64,000 nt of DNA from Tubiluchus corallicola (taxonomy: Eukaryota > Animalia > Priapulida): assembly GCA_030141605.1 (NCBI GenBank), contig JAQGDQ010000144.1:441553-505552 (forward strand), read 5' to 3'. The position numbers were made by a program, and so were the translations under genes. The number at the start of each line of letters is the position of its first letter. Position 1 is the first letter of the stretch. The notes under the pieces were generated by a model, which did no database searches, was not told the origin of the DNA, and was given only the letters and a program-made list of their open reading frames with translations. This document shows, in pieces, positions 29,225 to 41,835 of the stretch.

Positions 29225-31271
29225 TTTGCTAGCGCCTGACTGGTAAATCTATCTAACAAATACAATGAAAATTTGAGCTACACCTCGGTCAGATCGCTGA
29301 AAACAAAATAGCTAACCTAGAAGACAAAATACATATCCAAAAATTAAACCTGAAAATTTCCAGGGGTTGCTTTAGTACTTTATGATTTTTCACAAAATGA
29401 TATTAGTCAACATCCGAATACTGCCTTTGGAAATGCAATACTGGTAAATTTGACTCTTAACTCAGTACAGTTTCATTTCACAGCAGACTGTTAATGTACT
29501 TTTAGACTATAGAAAGTTCCCACAAATTTTGTTAAAAATTTTGTCCATTTTTCAATCGTTGATTGTTAGATTGATAAATTTTTGAATAAGTTTGCTTAAT
29601 GCAGTTTTTCATTCTCCATCAAATTGTTTCTGGGAAACTTTTTGTGTTTTGTAAATAATTTAAATTTTCCTTTTAACATAATTTTAATATTGTTATGCAG
29701 GTTGCACTATCATCATCTTAGTGTCTATTATATTGGTTTTGCACAATTTAATTACACATATAGTACAGAACACTTCTTAGGCCTATACAATGAAATCTTG
29801 ACATTGTGGTGGATCGTTTGCTTACTAGCAGTGCTCTTTACCAAATGTTTGTTAGCTTCTTGTAAACACTAAAATTCTACGAAAGCTGTGTCTTTTCATG
29901 TTGTGTTTGTGTCAAAGTTTGTAATTTTTGTTATAAAGCAAAATACGAGTTGTTGTAGCCATATATTACACACTGGTTGAGTTGTTTGGTAATGTACATA
30001 CTTACTATGTCTTTCAGTGCTTTCCTCTTATCATAATGAACACACTATAAGTCCAATATCAAACTTCGGGCATAAAAATTAAAACTAAACCAAAGTTTCC
30101 GATACAAGGAGCACTTGCTTTAAAAACTTTATTTAAGATCCCGAGATACATAAACTGATTTGTAAGTTGTAAGTGATTATCAATATGATGATTATTTTTT
30201 ACTGATAGTGAGAGTCTGTACACTTCTGGTACTTGGCAACAGCAGAAGTCGACTCTGTATGTCAAACTCATGAGCAGATTTTTACTTATTATCATTTGGT
30301 GCAAAATAGACTCTGTCTTGTGCAGCAATATGTACTTTTGACTAAAGCCTAAGGCGACAATAACAGTACTTCTGTTTCCATCTAATTGCCCGGGTAATAT
30401 TTTTTTATCACGCACCCGGCCGGGAACTTACTTGACACAGTCATATAAAAGCGTATTTTTAATTTAAAACGTAAAACGCAATAATTATCATACCATCATT
30501 CTTTCAGGGAGCACAGGACGATGTTTTTTCATGGCTAACTCTCAGCCAGGGTTAAAAATTTAAAACATTACTGCTAATCATGGGTAAATAAACAAACTTT
30601 CATTTCAACTGATTTTATAAATTCCATGATGCAGCTTTAAACATTCACAAAGCTTTAAAAAAAATTCTCAACCCTACTGGCATTTTTTTGAGCTCATGTG
30701 GTAAGACAGAAACAAATTTTTGGGGGTGGCCGGCCTAATTACAACATTTAGTAAAAAGTAGAGAAGAGAATTCGATCCTTTGTTATGCATTTTCAAAATT
30801 AATCTTTTGGATTCAGATGCGCATGATAAATGATTGACTTCAACCTCTTACTAGGTATTATAAAACACATTCTTGGGACGTAAATTACATCTTAATTAAA
30901 TTAAAATTTGCTATGATCCAAGTGTGCTCCCGACCTTGGTTACGCTCAAGAATGGCTGTTTACTTTAATTTTTATTAGAATTGCAATTGATCAGATGCGT
31001 TACATTTGCGGGGATTACCTACTATATACTTATTAGTATACTTATCGCATTAGAACCAACTACGATATAAATCATATAGCATACGCCTTGAATGACACCA
31101 ATGACTGTAAGCTAGGCGTAAACATAGTCAGCAGAAAAAGTAGGTTACACAAATCATATTCAGACTACCATACCCGATATTTTCACCGCCACGCCAACTA
31201 TAGAGTGACAGTAATTAGTCATTTAGGTTAATGTACTCTTCCATTAATTTACAGAAAATTCACAAGCTTAC

Positions 31272-31345
31272 CTCTAACAGTTTACAAACCTCATCAAACC
31301 ACGCTACTTTTCAGACATTAGCCAAAATGGCACACAGAAAGAAAT
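31272..31345 (-). promoter_or_regulatory. Probable non-coding first exon/promoter of the FUNDC locus
   Basis: Strong minus-strand donor AG|gtaagc at 31272/31271, and a YY1-like GCCATTTTG motif at ~31323-31331. Confidence 0.4.
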
Positions 31346-33979
31346 GTAAGAAATCTTTGCTAGTCATAAAGTATGGTAAGTTCATATGGGCTTGCTTTAT
31401 TCGCAAACCTCAGAGGAACCCACAATTTAGTCTTGGCGCACCTTCAAAACCCAAGATATTATATTTGAAAGAGTGTGTGCGTATTTTAAACAAACAAGAA
31501 CACTTTTCACCAAACTGAACTTTTCTCCATGATGACGAAATTACGAAAATAACTTCCTAACAGTTACTAAAAAACTTAAAAATTAATGTTAGTGAACTTA
31601 AAAATGGGCTATGACGATTTGTTTTTTACAGAAATATAAAATGATGAATGGGAAAAAAGGAGGCCACAGTTACTGGTAGAGGGATTGCTTTGACTTTGCT
31701 GGTTGGAAAATTATTAGATTGGGTTATAATGCTCTCATAAACTTGTTTCATATATGAATAAAAATTATGCCTATTCAAGAAAGGTTGTGCGATTACTGTA
31801 AAAACTCCCAAAATGAAACTAAAATAGAAGACTAATTACTCTTTATTTCTGACTACCATCTTTGTACTGAAATTACTGGTAATAGAAGAATCTACAAAAA
31901 TAAGATATGTAACTTGTCATTTTGCTGGAATAATGCTAGTACTTCACTTTCATGGCTGTTCAATTGTAATTACAATACTCATCATCTTTGGCAAATTCAT
32001 TTAAAAAAAACCAAATTAACAACACATTCTCTGTGGGGCATCACTGGCTACTACCTCGATCAATATCAGTTTAATGTAAAAAGAACATTGATCATTATAA
32101 TTTCTGTAAGACACATGTCATGATGTTATCTTTTTAACTAGCAGTTATAACTTATAGGCATTACTATCATCTGAAATTTATGTTGAGACTAATTTTTGTA
32201 CCATACTAGAATGTTTTGTTGTACTTTGTCAATTTTATACTTTTATATTGCATTGCCTCATATAGTTTCTGAACAATGCAATCGTGCATCTCCTAGCCCA
32301 GCTTCAAATTCAGTAAGAGTTTCCCAATACACCAAACGCGAGAATTTTCTGATTTTTTGTGGTAATTTGGTTGACCGATACTGTGGACTTGCTGATGACC
32401 TGCAACTGCAACTGAAATAGTAACATGGAGCTTAGTTCTTGGCCTACTTCAGACAGAGTAAATGTCTTCTTAATGTATGTGTTTTAAGAGTTGTTAATAA
32501 TTGTTTGTTTCAATGAATTGTGTAAAGAGTTTTTCAATTATTGCTCAAGTGTTCACTGTTCACATAGTAAATGATGCAGGGCTCTGGTTAACCACAGTAA
32601 TGTAGTAGCTGCTCCCTAAATTTTCATTGGTTTCCTAAAATTTGCAATTTGTTTTTCCAATTGAATTTTTATAGTTATAGCAGGAGTAAGATTGGAATAA
32701 ACAACACACTACTTCTTCCTCGATCCTTCTAACAACTTTCTTCTTATTGTTATTGTGTTATTGTATCATTACACTTGCTGTTGTAAAATAAGTTTATTTT
32801 ATTCTAGTCTATTCTATACATGCATTAGAATTATGAAATACCCTTAATAATGGGTGTCATATATTGATAGTACTGCGTATGAATACCATAGTAGTGAGGA
32901 TGGTTAGAGGTTGTTCGGTTTATGGCCGCGGATCTGATTAAACTTGTTTCATATTAGATAAATTAAACCCATTTCGTATCTAAAATAATAAAGAATTAAA
33001 AATGTAACAATGGATTTCATTTTAGTCATCTCAATATCATATAAACTTCAGTGAAGAGAAGAGTAAATACACTCAGTTTTTTATTATTTATCTTCCTAAC
33101 TCGAAAACACGCAATTTTTGATTTATATTAGCACTTATCAGTCATCACTCATCAGTCGACGGCTGACACGTCCTTTAGGATCTAAAATAAAGAGCACTTG
33201 AAAAGCAGCTAACTTTTTTTAACTCAAAAGATTTGATGCAAACAGAGAAGTATGTTGTGAGTGGAGTAGGGCACTGGCCGAAGTAGGACGTACATCGACT
33301 AGCCCACGTAGGACGCGTCGTACTTGGGCTAGCCCAGGTAAGACACGTCTTATCTTCGCTGCCACTAGAGACAGGTCGCGAAAAGAGTCATTAGCCGTAC
33401 TGGCAGCTTTCGTTGTCCTTGTTTATTTAATAATAAAAAGTGAAAACGTCAATATACGTTGAATAATATCAATATATCTGATAAAATAAAATAATCTTAT
33501 ATTAAATTAAGTATTAAATTTGGCTTCGATATTAATCTTTTTGAAGTGAAGTAAGCCCGTTTTTAGGTGGTTCCAATATTTGCTTAAGGTATGTCACTTT
33601 TTATTTTTTGTATCGTTTCACAGACAGGTGATCCATTTCGACTACGTCTTGTACAAATAATTGTTTTCTACTAAGTAAATAAGCTAGCGAGTTATGTGCC
33701 CTACATAGTTTCTCTCTTTAAAGCGTTAGATACTTAGTTTAATGTTATGATGATATTAATGGAGCTAATAATAACAATAATGATGATATTATTGTAAAAA
33801 ATACATTTGCAAATTATCAGGGACTATCCATGGTTATTACAAAGTTTTTTTCTAAAACAAATTTAGTTTCATGATGTCATAATTTTTGCTTCTCGACAGA
33901 AATCGCCAGTGCCGTACTTGGGCTGCCTATGTACGACACTGCTTGGTCTAATTCTATTTAGTAGATCTAGAGAGGGCTA

Positions 33980-34610
33980 CCAAAAATCCATTGATGAACT
34001 TTCACAGTATGCCGCACAAAACCACATAAAAATCAATTAAAAAAACAAAAATAGTGGTATTTGGAAAAAGGCCACCATTACATGCCACCTTCCAGATGAA
34101 CTCAGAGACACTAAAGAATGAAAAACATATTAAATATCTATGGGTGTATCTCACCAACACAGGAATACACAACAAACATGTAGAAACAATGAGAAACCGC
34201 AGCATTAGTGCTCTCTTTAAAATAAAAACTGTAATATTTAACTGCACTAATTTTCTTATTTAACACATTGACAGTCCTTATTACAATACATGGTTGTGAA
34301 ATTTGGACAAATACTTATTGCAGAAAAACTAAATAAAATTAACAGCAATGACACTGAGAAACTTCTACACATATGGAATCAATTCATATTCAAACGTGTC
34401 CAAAATAAATTTACAAAACGGGTGTTAGGAGTAAAGACAACCACATTCAATATTGCCTGTAAGGCTGAACTGGGTTTACATCCTCTTTTAATCGCAGCAG
34501 CAAAAAGATTATACAAATTTGGCTTGACTGCTGCCCACAAATCTAGAAAGACTATATTGAACACTATCTTCGCGTCTCTGAATTATACAGCTCTATTCTC
34601 GCCCACATGA
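33980..34610 (+). mobile_element. Degenerate LINE reverse-transcriptase C-terminal fragment
   Basis: Frameshifted ORFs with HIKYLWVYL and VQNKFTKRVLGVKTTTFNIACKAELGLHPL, typical of the non-LTR RT thumb region. Confidence 0.7.
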
Positions 34611-35388
34611 AAACTTACCCCAAGGTCAGAATATGAGAATGATGATAATGATGATAGGAAAAAGAAAGGCCGTAACAAGGCAGTTGAGACTTTTCAATAT
34701 CTAGATATAGTTTTGTATTGCATAATGTGTAACTGTTAATTGTTTTTAATACTGTTTCTTTGTTTTTTGTAGGCTTTCTGGTTACAATCTATACATCTAT
34801 GAATGACATCAATCCAAGAAACTTTTGACAACAACTGCGATTCTTAGGGAAGAAGAAATCAGCACTTTGGCAGCAGACCCTAACCAAATTATTTTCAACT
34901 CTCATTAGGTTATTTTGTAAGCTTTCATTTAAAACGCTGGGACAGATATCTACAACTTTTAAGTAAATTTTCTTTTTTCATTGCTAAATTATACTTAACA
35001 TTTGTCTATGAAGATAACTATGAAGATCACAGCCTACTGTAATTTTTTTTCTGTTTACGTAGTATTTAACTTATATAGCTTTGCCAATGTACATTGTACG
35101 TATTTGTGCAAATAAAACTGAATTGAATTGAATTGTTTTACCTCAAATTGAGCACATGCGTATTAGCGGAAGTTTCTACTTTGGCTAGTGGCGTACGTCG
35201 CGTCCTATAGTGAAAAAATGACAAGCGCAGAAGCAGTTTGGTGTAACAGAGCTGGTTTTCTTTTATTTTAGACTTTTGACTGCCCATTCGGCGTATTCAA
35301 TAGACGCTAGATGTTCAAGTCACAAACGTCACTTGTCGTAGTCCAAGAGATCTGACCGGCATAACACATTAGTTAATGCTGCCTGATT

Positions 35389-38300
35389 ATGACTGATAAA
35401 GTAGATGTCAATTTCTTGTCCATTATTTATGAAATTATTAGAAGGTAATTTCTGCACAATTGTAATACTGGATTATGACTTCAATTATAGGCGGTTTGGT
35501 TAAGATTGTTTTCAAATAGCTAAATTTGTCTACTAATGATTTAACGATAGACCACGATGTATGACTAAGTACCAATACGTTAGTTTTTTTGTACATGTAT
35601 ATGTATATTTTTATATGTATGATAGTAACCTGAAGTTCTACCTGTATACAGTTCATTTCAATTTTCTTTTTGTATTTGCCAATATATGTAATGTTAATTG
35701 CACATTTGCATAGTTAAATTCAATTTTAATTTATTTATCTCTATAATACTACAATAAAACCTTATTATATTAATAAAAGAATCACTAATATGTTTTGAAG
35801 AATGGTTAGAATGAATAGATAGATCTAGAACTAGAGAAAGGCTATAAAGTCACTTGGTCTGCTATCCTTTACCCAATATAGATAAAATGATTGTTAAACA
35901 CTGGTGGGCATTAATCTTGTCAGATTAATTTAGGAAACATTATTAATTTTCAAGATTATGACATTTGCTATATAATTAAGTAATCCAGAGGAAAGAAAAT
36001 ACATGTACTATAAATTAGTGGGCAACAGAATAGGGTCAATCTTGCATAAACTAAAAATAGCATTTTGATTTTGAGTGAAAAACAGGTCAAATTTGTTATG
36101 TAATAATAAAAACACTTCGGGTTAATAATGCAATTAATCAACAACAAGAATTAATTTGGGTTCAAGTTCATCTTTTCTAGGCTTATTGATTAAAAATAAA
36201 TCTACTGACTTACATTAGTAGACATTACATGTAGCTATATAGGTTTTTTTTACTAATTTTGTAAAGGAGAGGTAAGACTTTTGCAATCTGTGAACAAAAT
36301 CTGAAACTTTACTCATAAAATAGTACTGCGGTATGACTTTAATAATTGCTCTGGTAAGTAAAGAAGAGAAGAAAGACGGAGAGACAGATAAGATTTATGA
36401 TAATATCTGTAATGGCCAGTGGATTTACTAATTTGTAGTGTTATAAGCAACAGCATTCAAAGCACGAATCTGCAGCTCATTATTCAATAATTGAAAAAAG
36501 GAATTAGCTGAGTATTATAGTATATTTTCTGAGCCACAGTTTCTTGCCATGCTGTAGTATTTTCAGTTTTATGAATATTAATGTAGTTAAAATGTTGCAG
36601 CTGGTAAAAAAGTTAGAAAGTCTAGAATATATTGCAGATTCAAAATTTTTTTCAATGGGGGACAATAATGAAATAAGCCTATAGCTAAAAGGAACATCTG
36701 GGTCATTAGATTTGTAAATTGCTAATATTTTAGCTAGTTTTAGTTTATCAGGAAAAGTACCTAGTGAGAGTGATTTATTGATTGTATGAGTTAGAACTGT
36801 AATGATTATGTTAGCAGTCATTTTATAGTATTTTATTGGATCATTCTCAGGACCAGCAGCCTTACTAGTATCGAATTTTAATATAAGCAATGTAATTTCC
36901 TATATGATGACAGGATTAAAAAAAAATTTGGTTTTGATTGGTTGGGCCAAAAAATTGATAAGGATCAGCAGAGGTGTTAATGTTATGTTTTTGCCAGCTG
37001 CTGTAAATAAGTTGTTGACATTATTTGCTATTAGCTTAGGATCTGTGATGTCGTTTGTCATTGCACTAATTTTCATTGGAGTAACCAAATTTTTCTTTTT
37101 GTTACCCCGAATTTCATTTAAGCATGTCCAAACCATGTCTAAAATTATTCTTGTTATTATTGATAAGATTTTGATAATATTTTTTCTTGGATTGGGCCTT
37201 AATATGATAAAGTTTATTGACATAATTTTTTGCCTTAGAGTAGAATTAGACAGTTTATGAGTTTTATGCATTTTACTGTGATTATGAATAGAATTTAAAA
37301 TAGCAGGTGTTATCCATGGCTTCTTCAATGTTGATTGCTCTTTTCTGGGTAAAGTTTTTATGAGATCATGTTTATTAAGAATATTGATGAACAAAGTGAA
37401 AAACGAATCTATACAGCAATCAACATCTAAGCTGTCAGGATTTATAGAGTACAGAGAATTTGTCAATTCATTCATAAAGTCAGCCTTGCTGAAGTTTTTT
37501 GTGCATCGAACTTGGACTTTAGTAGATGAATTCTTCGCGTATTTGTAAGATGATTTGATGATTGCAAATATTGGCAAGTGATCACCAGCTGGATACATGA
37601 ATACTCCAGGTGAGATATGATTATCTAGGTCATTTGTGTAAATATGGTCGGTTAAAGTTTGTGAAGAGCTGGTTAGTCTCGTTGGTCGCGTGATTATGGG
37701 AACAAACTGATTCATCAAGGTAATTGCTGACAGAATTTGATTTCTCTCTCTTTCTGAACAAAATTAAATAAGAGTCCGTGTGATTACTGCTTGTTTGTCC
37801 ATAGTGTTAACTTTCTTCCCTTTGCCAGCTCAGGAAATTCTGAACCTGATTACGAGATTTTTATTTAAGATTTAATTCTTGCCATTAAGAAAATTTTATG
37901 TCTGTGCTACATTTTCTGCTATGTTGTTTTTTATTTCTGTTTCCAGTTTTGAAAAAGATTCTCATGATGTAACGCAGAAGATAAGTGAATTACGACAAAG
38001 ATTTGAAGTTTGTCGTGAGCAAGTCAATCAACTTCCTGGTATCGACCATAGCCAAGCTGAACAATTACAACAAATCGAAATTCTCAGGCAACAGGTATCA
38101 ATTTCTTTCACAAATTAACAAAACTTGTGAGACAGTCATCAGCAACCCAAAACTAAAGGGTATCTTTAAAACTGGATATTCGTTTTGAATTGACAATATG
38201 TGAGCACCATCGGAGAAGCTTCACAAGAATGCGTCTTCAATCACATAGGCTGCAGATAGAAACGGGTAGATGGGCGAGACAGCCAAGGAAAAATAGGTTA

Positions 38301-41282
38301 TGTCTTTGTGGGGACATTCAAACTGAAAAACTCGTTATACAGACATGCCCCCTAACATCTAATATTAAAAACCACTACCATAATGTAAACTTTGCTGATT
38401 TAACTCACTTCTTTGAGCACCCTAATTGTTACATAATATGTCATGAAATTTTGCATCTTTTATGATGATGTACTAATTAGTATGAAGTGAATGCCATGTA
38501 GTGAAGTGTATAAATGGTGTAACATCAGTTCTGCGTATAGGCATTTTGCTTATAGATTTACCGTTGTGTTCTTACCAAATTTTAAGTATCCTGTATGCAA
38601 CACTGTTTTTAATGCTGTAACCTTGAGTAGAAAATGTGCGTAAAGTGACATTTGGACTAAAATCACTAATGTATCGAATGTGGCATTTACTTCGTTCCTC
38701 ATGTATACATTTAAATTTGATTTGGTCAACAAACTACATACATACATATGTATAAGATGAGACAAAACAAGAAAAACAGTTTGTGTTAATCAGTTGCATA
38801 CACATTAGCCTGTGCAAACCCAAACTATTAATATTAGTCTAGTCATAATTGGAAAGTTCTTTCAGGTGGGTCGCTAGGCTTGGTGGCATACCTATTGCAG
38901 TACTCATGGTATCACTCGTGCATTAGAGCTCATATACTGTATCATACAAAATCCTATAGTAGTATCTTATGTACGTAGCTAGCATTTGGTACGTGGCGAC
39001 TAAGAGAAACATCATCTAGACAACATCATTTTGTTTTCCATCCTACTGAGTTGAAGTGCTAAGAACACATTAGTACATTGACAATGTTTGTTTTAAGATG
39101 AAGCTTTTCATATTTTTAATGTTTTAATTTTTTTACATGAGATATTTACACATTGAGGCAACACTTTTAATCATATGACGATACACTACTTAGTTAAAAT
39201 ATCAAAAGAAATTGGCATTAAAACATAAAACAATTCTTTATTTACTAACTGTATGTCAACAATCTGAACTTTCCTGTAATTCTAAACTGTAACTCTAGGC
39301 TTCCTTTACTAAGTTTAGGATACGTTTACTTTCTTTTCCTGTTTTCCTGAATGCTGTTAAATTGCTTTAACTGATCAATGAAATTAAAGAGGAAAACAAG
39401 ACAAAAATATAGATAAATAAATGGACAGTCAGGTAGATACTTGGGTAGATGGGTAGACTTTGTGTTTTCTGTGTTCCTTATTGCTGTTAAATTGCTCTAA
39501 AGGACCAATGAAATTAAGAGAAAAACAAGACAAAAATATAGATAAACAAATAGGCAAGCAGGTAGATACTTGGGTAGGTAGGTAGATACGCAGGCAGGTC
39601 AGTCAGTCGATCGATTGCCACTTGGTCAGTCAGTTGGTAGACAGGTGGGTAAGGCAGGTAGGTAGTAGATAAGTACATAGATAGATAGACAGACAGATGG
39701 ATAGACAAAATAGACCATGGGTCCATTGGTTCCCAACCTTCGGGTCGCGGTTGGGAACCATTGAAATAGATGAACCGACAGAGAAAGAGAGATAGAGAGA
39801 GGGGACGAGGGACAGAAAGGGAGAGGAGAGAGAGAGAGAGAGAGAGAGGGGGGAGCCTTGTGGTCTGCTGTGTACTATGATTCGTGCATCGCTTTCTTGT
39901 GAAAGGTCTAATTCTAATCTGTTACAAAAAACACGTTCTCTGTATATCAGATTTCTGTTATTTCTCCTATTCCACAACAACATCAACCACAGCCATTTTA
40001 AATGCCTGCTATGGCAGAAATTGCATTTACATAGGCTATAATCTTTGCATAAAGTTAGGAACAAATTTAAGAAGATTTTTACGAAAATACTCATGTGAAT
40101 CCATGCATTGCGCTAAGAACGTTCGTATGAAAAAACTTTAATGAAGTTTGCAAGAACTTTAATGAATCCGGCCCCTGGGCCTTACTGCTGCAAACTTGTC
40201 ATTACTTCGTAAAAATCAGTTACTTTGACCAAGTCACTTTAAACTGATTTATTGTGTCACCCCAGGATAGTGTGGTGCGCACCCCACGCACCACCCTAGT
40301 GACGTCACTGAGTTCTTTCAATGTTGACCTATGATTGCAACTTTTGATTTTTGGTAGTACATTACTTAAATTATATTCTCCTTTTTCAAGTTTGTATCAC
40401 AGTATTGATGTGTTATGGCAGTGTAGTTTATCACATATTTGAAATTGAATTCAAAAATCAAAGATCAGGGGAAAATTTTGACGTGGACTTTGTGCATGAT
40501 ACACCAAGCTAATGGAAATTTACCATTGTTTACTCTGCATTCCCTAGCAAGCTTTGTTCTTACCAGTATGCGTTAAATAAGCATCAAGATTGCTTGTGTG
40601 CATTAATAACATTCACTGCTGTATTTAGTTTACTGTTTATTTAGCAAATTATCAGTGGTGTTAACAAGGGAAGCCTCAAACCACAGGAGCTACATAGATG
40701 TATCCAACACTCAAAATTCTGGCGCTTCTGCAGATTTAAATTCTTTATAAATGACACAATACCAGAAGCTGCTGAATATTAATTTTATAGTTAATGTACG
40801 TACTACATAGTTTACACAATGTACACTTGATGCATTACTAGTATTAGAAGTGGATAAAAAGTAAATAGTTTTTGAGCTTTCACCAAATAATTCATTCACA
40901 AACTGATTAAATTGTTAAGATAAGGTTGTAAAACATTAGTTAGCTGAAAAGAAAGAAATGTAAAAATGTTGCATTGAGCATGATGATTCTAGTATTGGTT
41001 TTTTTGCCAGGGTCCCTGGTTCAAATAGTTTTGCATTTGTTTTTTTTTGTTTAGCTTGATACCTAAAACTTAATAATTGTGAGACGTTTCCATCATTAAT
41101 TGATAACCTCAAGTGACATTTAAGATTTTAAGCCATTTATTGATTTTTTTTCAAGCCGTTCACTATAACGAAGAAATGTGCTTTATAGTAACTTTAGTTT
41201 ATTTATTCTTTAGGTAAAGTTAAAAAACGAATTGTTGTTAAAATACAAGAACTTGTGCAACTTTGATGTTTTAAAAGGATAA
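35389..41282 (+). CDS. MED9: Mediator of RNA polymerase II transcription subunit 9
   Basis: Exons 35389-35444, 37947-38094, 41214-41282 (TAA): MTDKVDVNFLSIIYEIIRS/FEKDSHDVTQKISELRQRFEVCREQVNQLPGIDHSQAEQLQQIEILRQQ/VKLKNELLLKYKNLCNFDVLKG. This aligns by eye with recalled MED9 (FLPLVHNIIKCMDKDS...MPGIHLS.EQQ...QVRTKNELLQKYKSLC). Confidence 0.9.
36490..37720 (-). mobile_element. Degenerate CR1/L2-group LINE ORF2 fragment (end of APE endonuclease to start of RT) in MED9 intron 1
   Basis: IITRPTRLT...TLTDHIYTN...GDHLPIFAII, KPWIT, KAAGP..KLAKILAIYKSNDP..SYRLISLLS, broken by frameshifts. Confidence 0.85.
38150..38465 (+). mobile_element. LINE ORF2 3' end fragment in MED9 intron 2
   Basis: RMRLQSHRLQIETGRWARQPRKNRLCLCGDIQTE.LVIQTCP, a LINE C-terminal Cys motif. 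Confidence 0.75.
39330..39850. repeat. Compound repeat: ~130-bp duplication, GATA/GACA/GGTA tetramer tracts, (GA)n
   Basis: tgctgttaaattgct...aaacaagacaaaaatatagataaa...caggtagatacttgggtag occurs twice (~39350 and ~39480), followed by simple repeats. Confidence 0.8.
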
Positions 41283-41451
41283 GACGCTACCGAGCTCATT
41301 GTGCTTTAGGAGGACAAGTTCTGCGCATACGAATCACAATTTGTGCAAACTTTTGTGTGTTGCCAAAAGAGACAATTCTTCTTTTGTAATTGGGTGGAGC
41401 ATTAGCAAGAAAAAAATTACAGTTTCTGTGGCTAGTATTATTTTTTCACAG

Positions 41452-41835
41452 ATGGCAACTCAGTACAGAAAATTTGTGCGACTTCTGGAAATGTGGCCTG
41501 TGGATAACAGTAAAGTCGGTCGCGATTTAGGGCAACACATTCGGAACAAAGTAGCGGAGACATTTCGTGAGGGTGATGCCACACGTATTCCTGACATTAA
41601 AGCATGTGAGCAACAGTATACGGCATTGCAACAGATTAGTGCAGACATTTACAAGAATAAATATCCAGTATCATTCAATGATGGAGTTGCAGCAAGTGGT
41701 TTGACATACAATGAATGCCATTTGATCATGGCTACCGACAGCCTGCAAATACTAGACCGAGAAAACAGGAGATGGTGGCAGTCAAAGGCAAAATCAGAAC
41801 AAAAGAAAAGAAAACTAGGGAAACAGTCTTCATGA
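41452..41835 (+). CDS. UQCC2: Ubiquinol-cytochrome c reductase complex assembly factor 2, intronless
   Basis: MATQYRKFVRLLEMWPVDNSKVGRDLGQHIRNKVAETFREG...YKNKYP matches recalled UQCC2 ([42 protein letters not shown]...YKHKYP). ATG at 41452, TGA ending at 41835. Confidence 0.93.
   Translation: MATQYRKFVRLLEMWPVDNSKVGRDLGQHIRNKVAETFREGDATRIPDIKACEQQYTALQQISADIYKNKYPVSFNDGVAASGLTYNECHLIMATDSLQILDRENRRWWQSKAKSEQKKRKLGKQSS

Noticed and set aside
36904-37548. Hydrophobic plus-strand ORFs resembling membrane proteins
   Set aside because: They are antisense shadows of the A-rich LINE ORF2 fragment.
41299-41451. 51-aa N-terminal extension of UQCC2 in the ORF track
   Set aside because: It starts at a TTG; homology begins at the ATG at 41452, which directly follows a splice acceptor.
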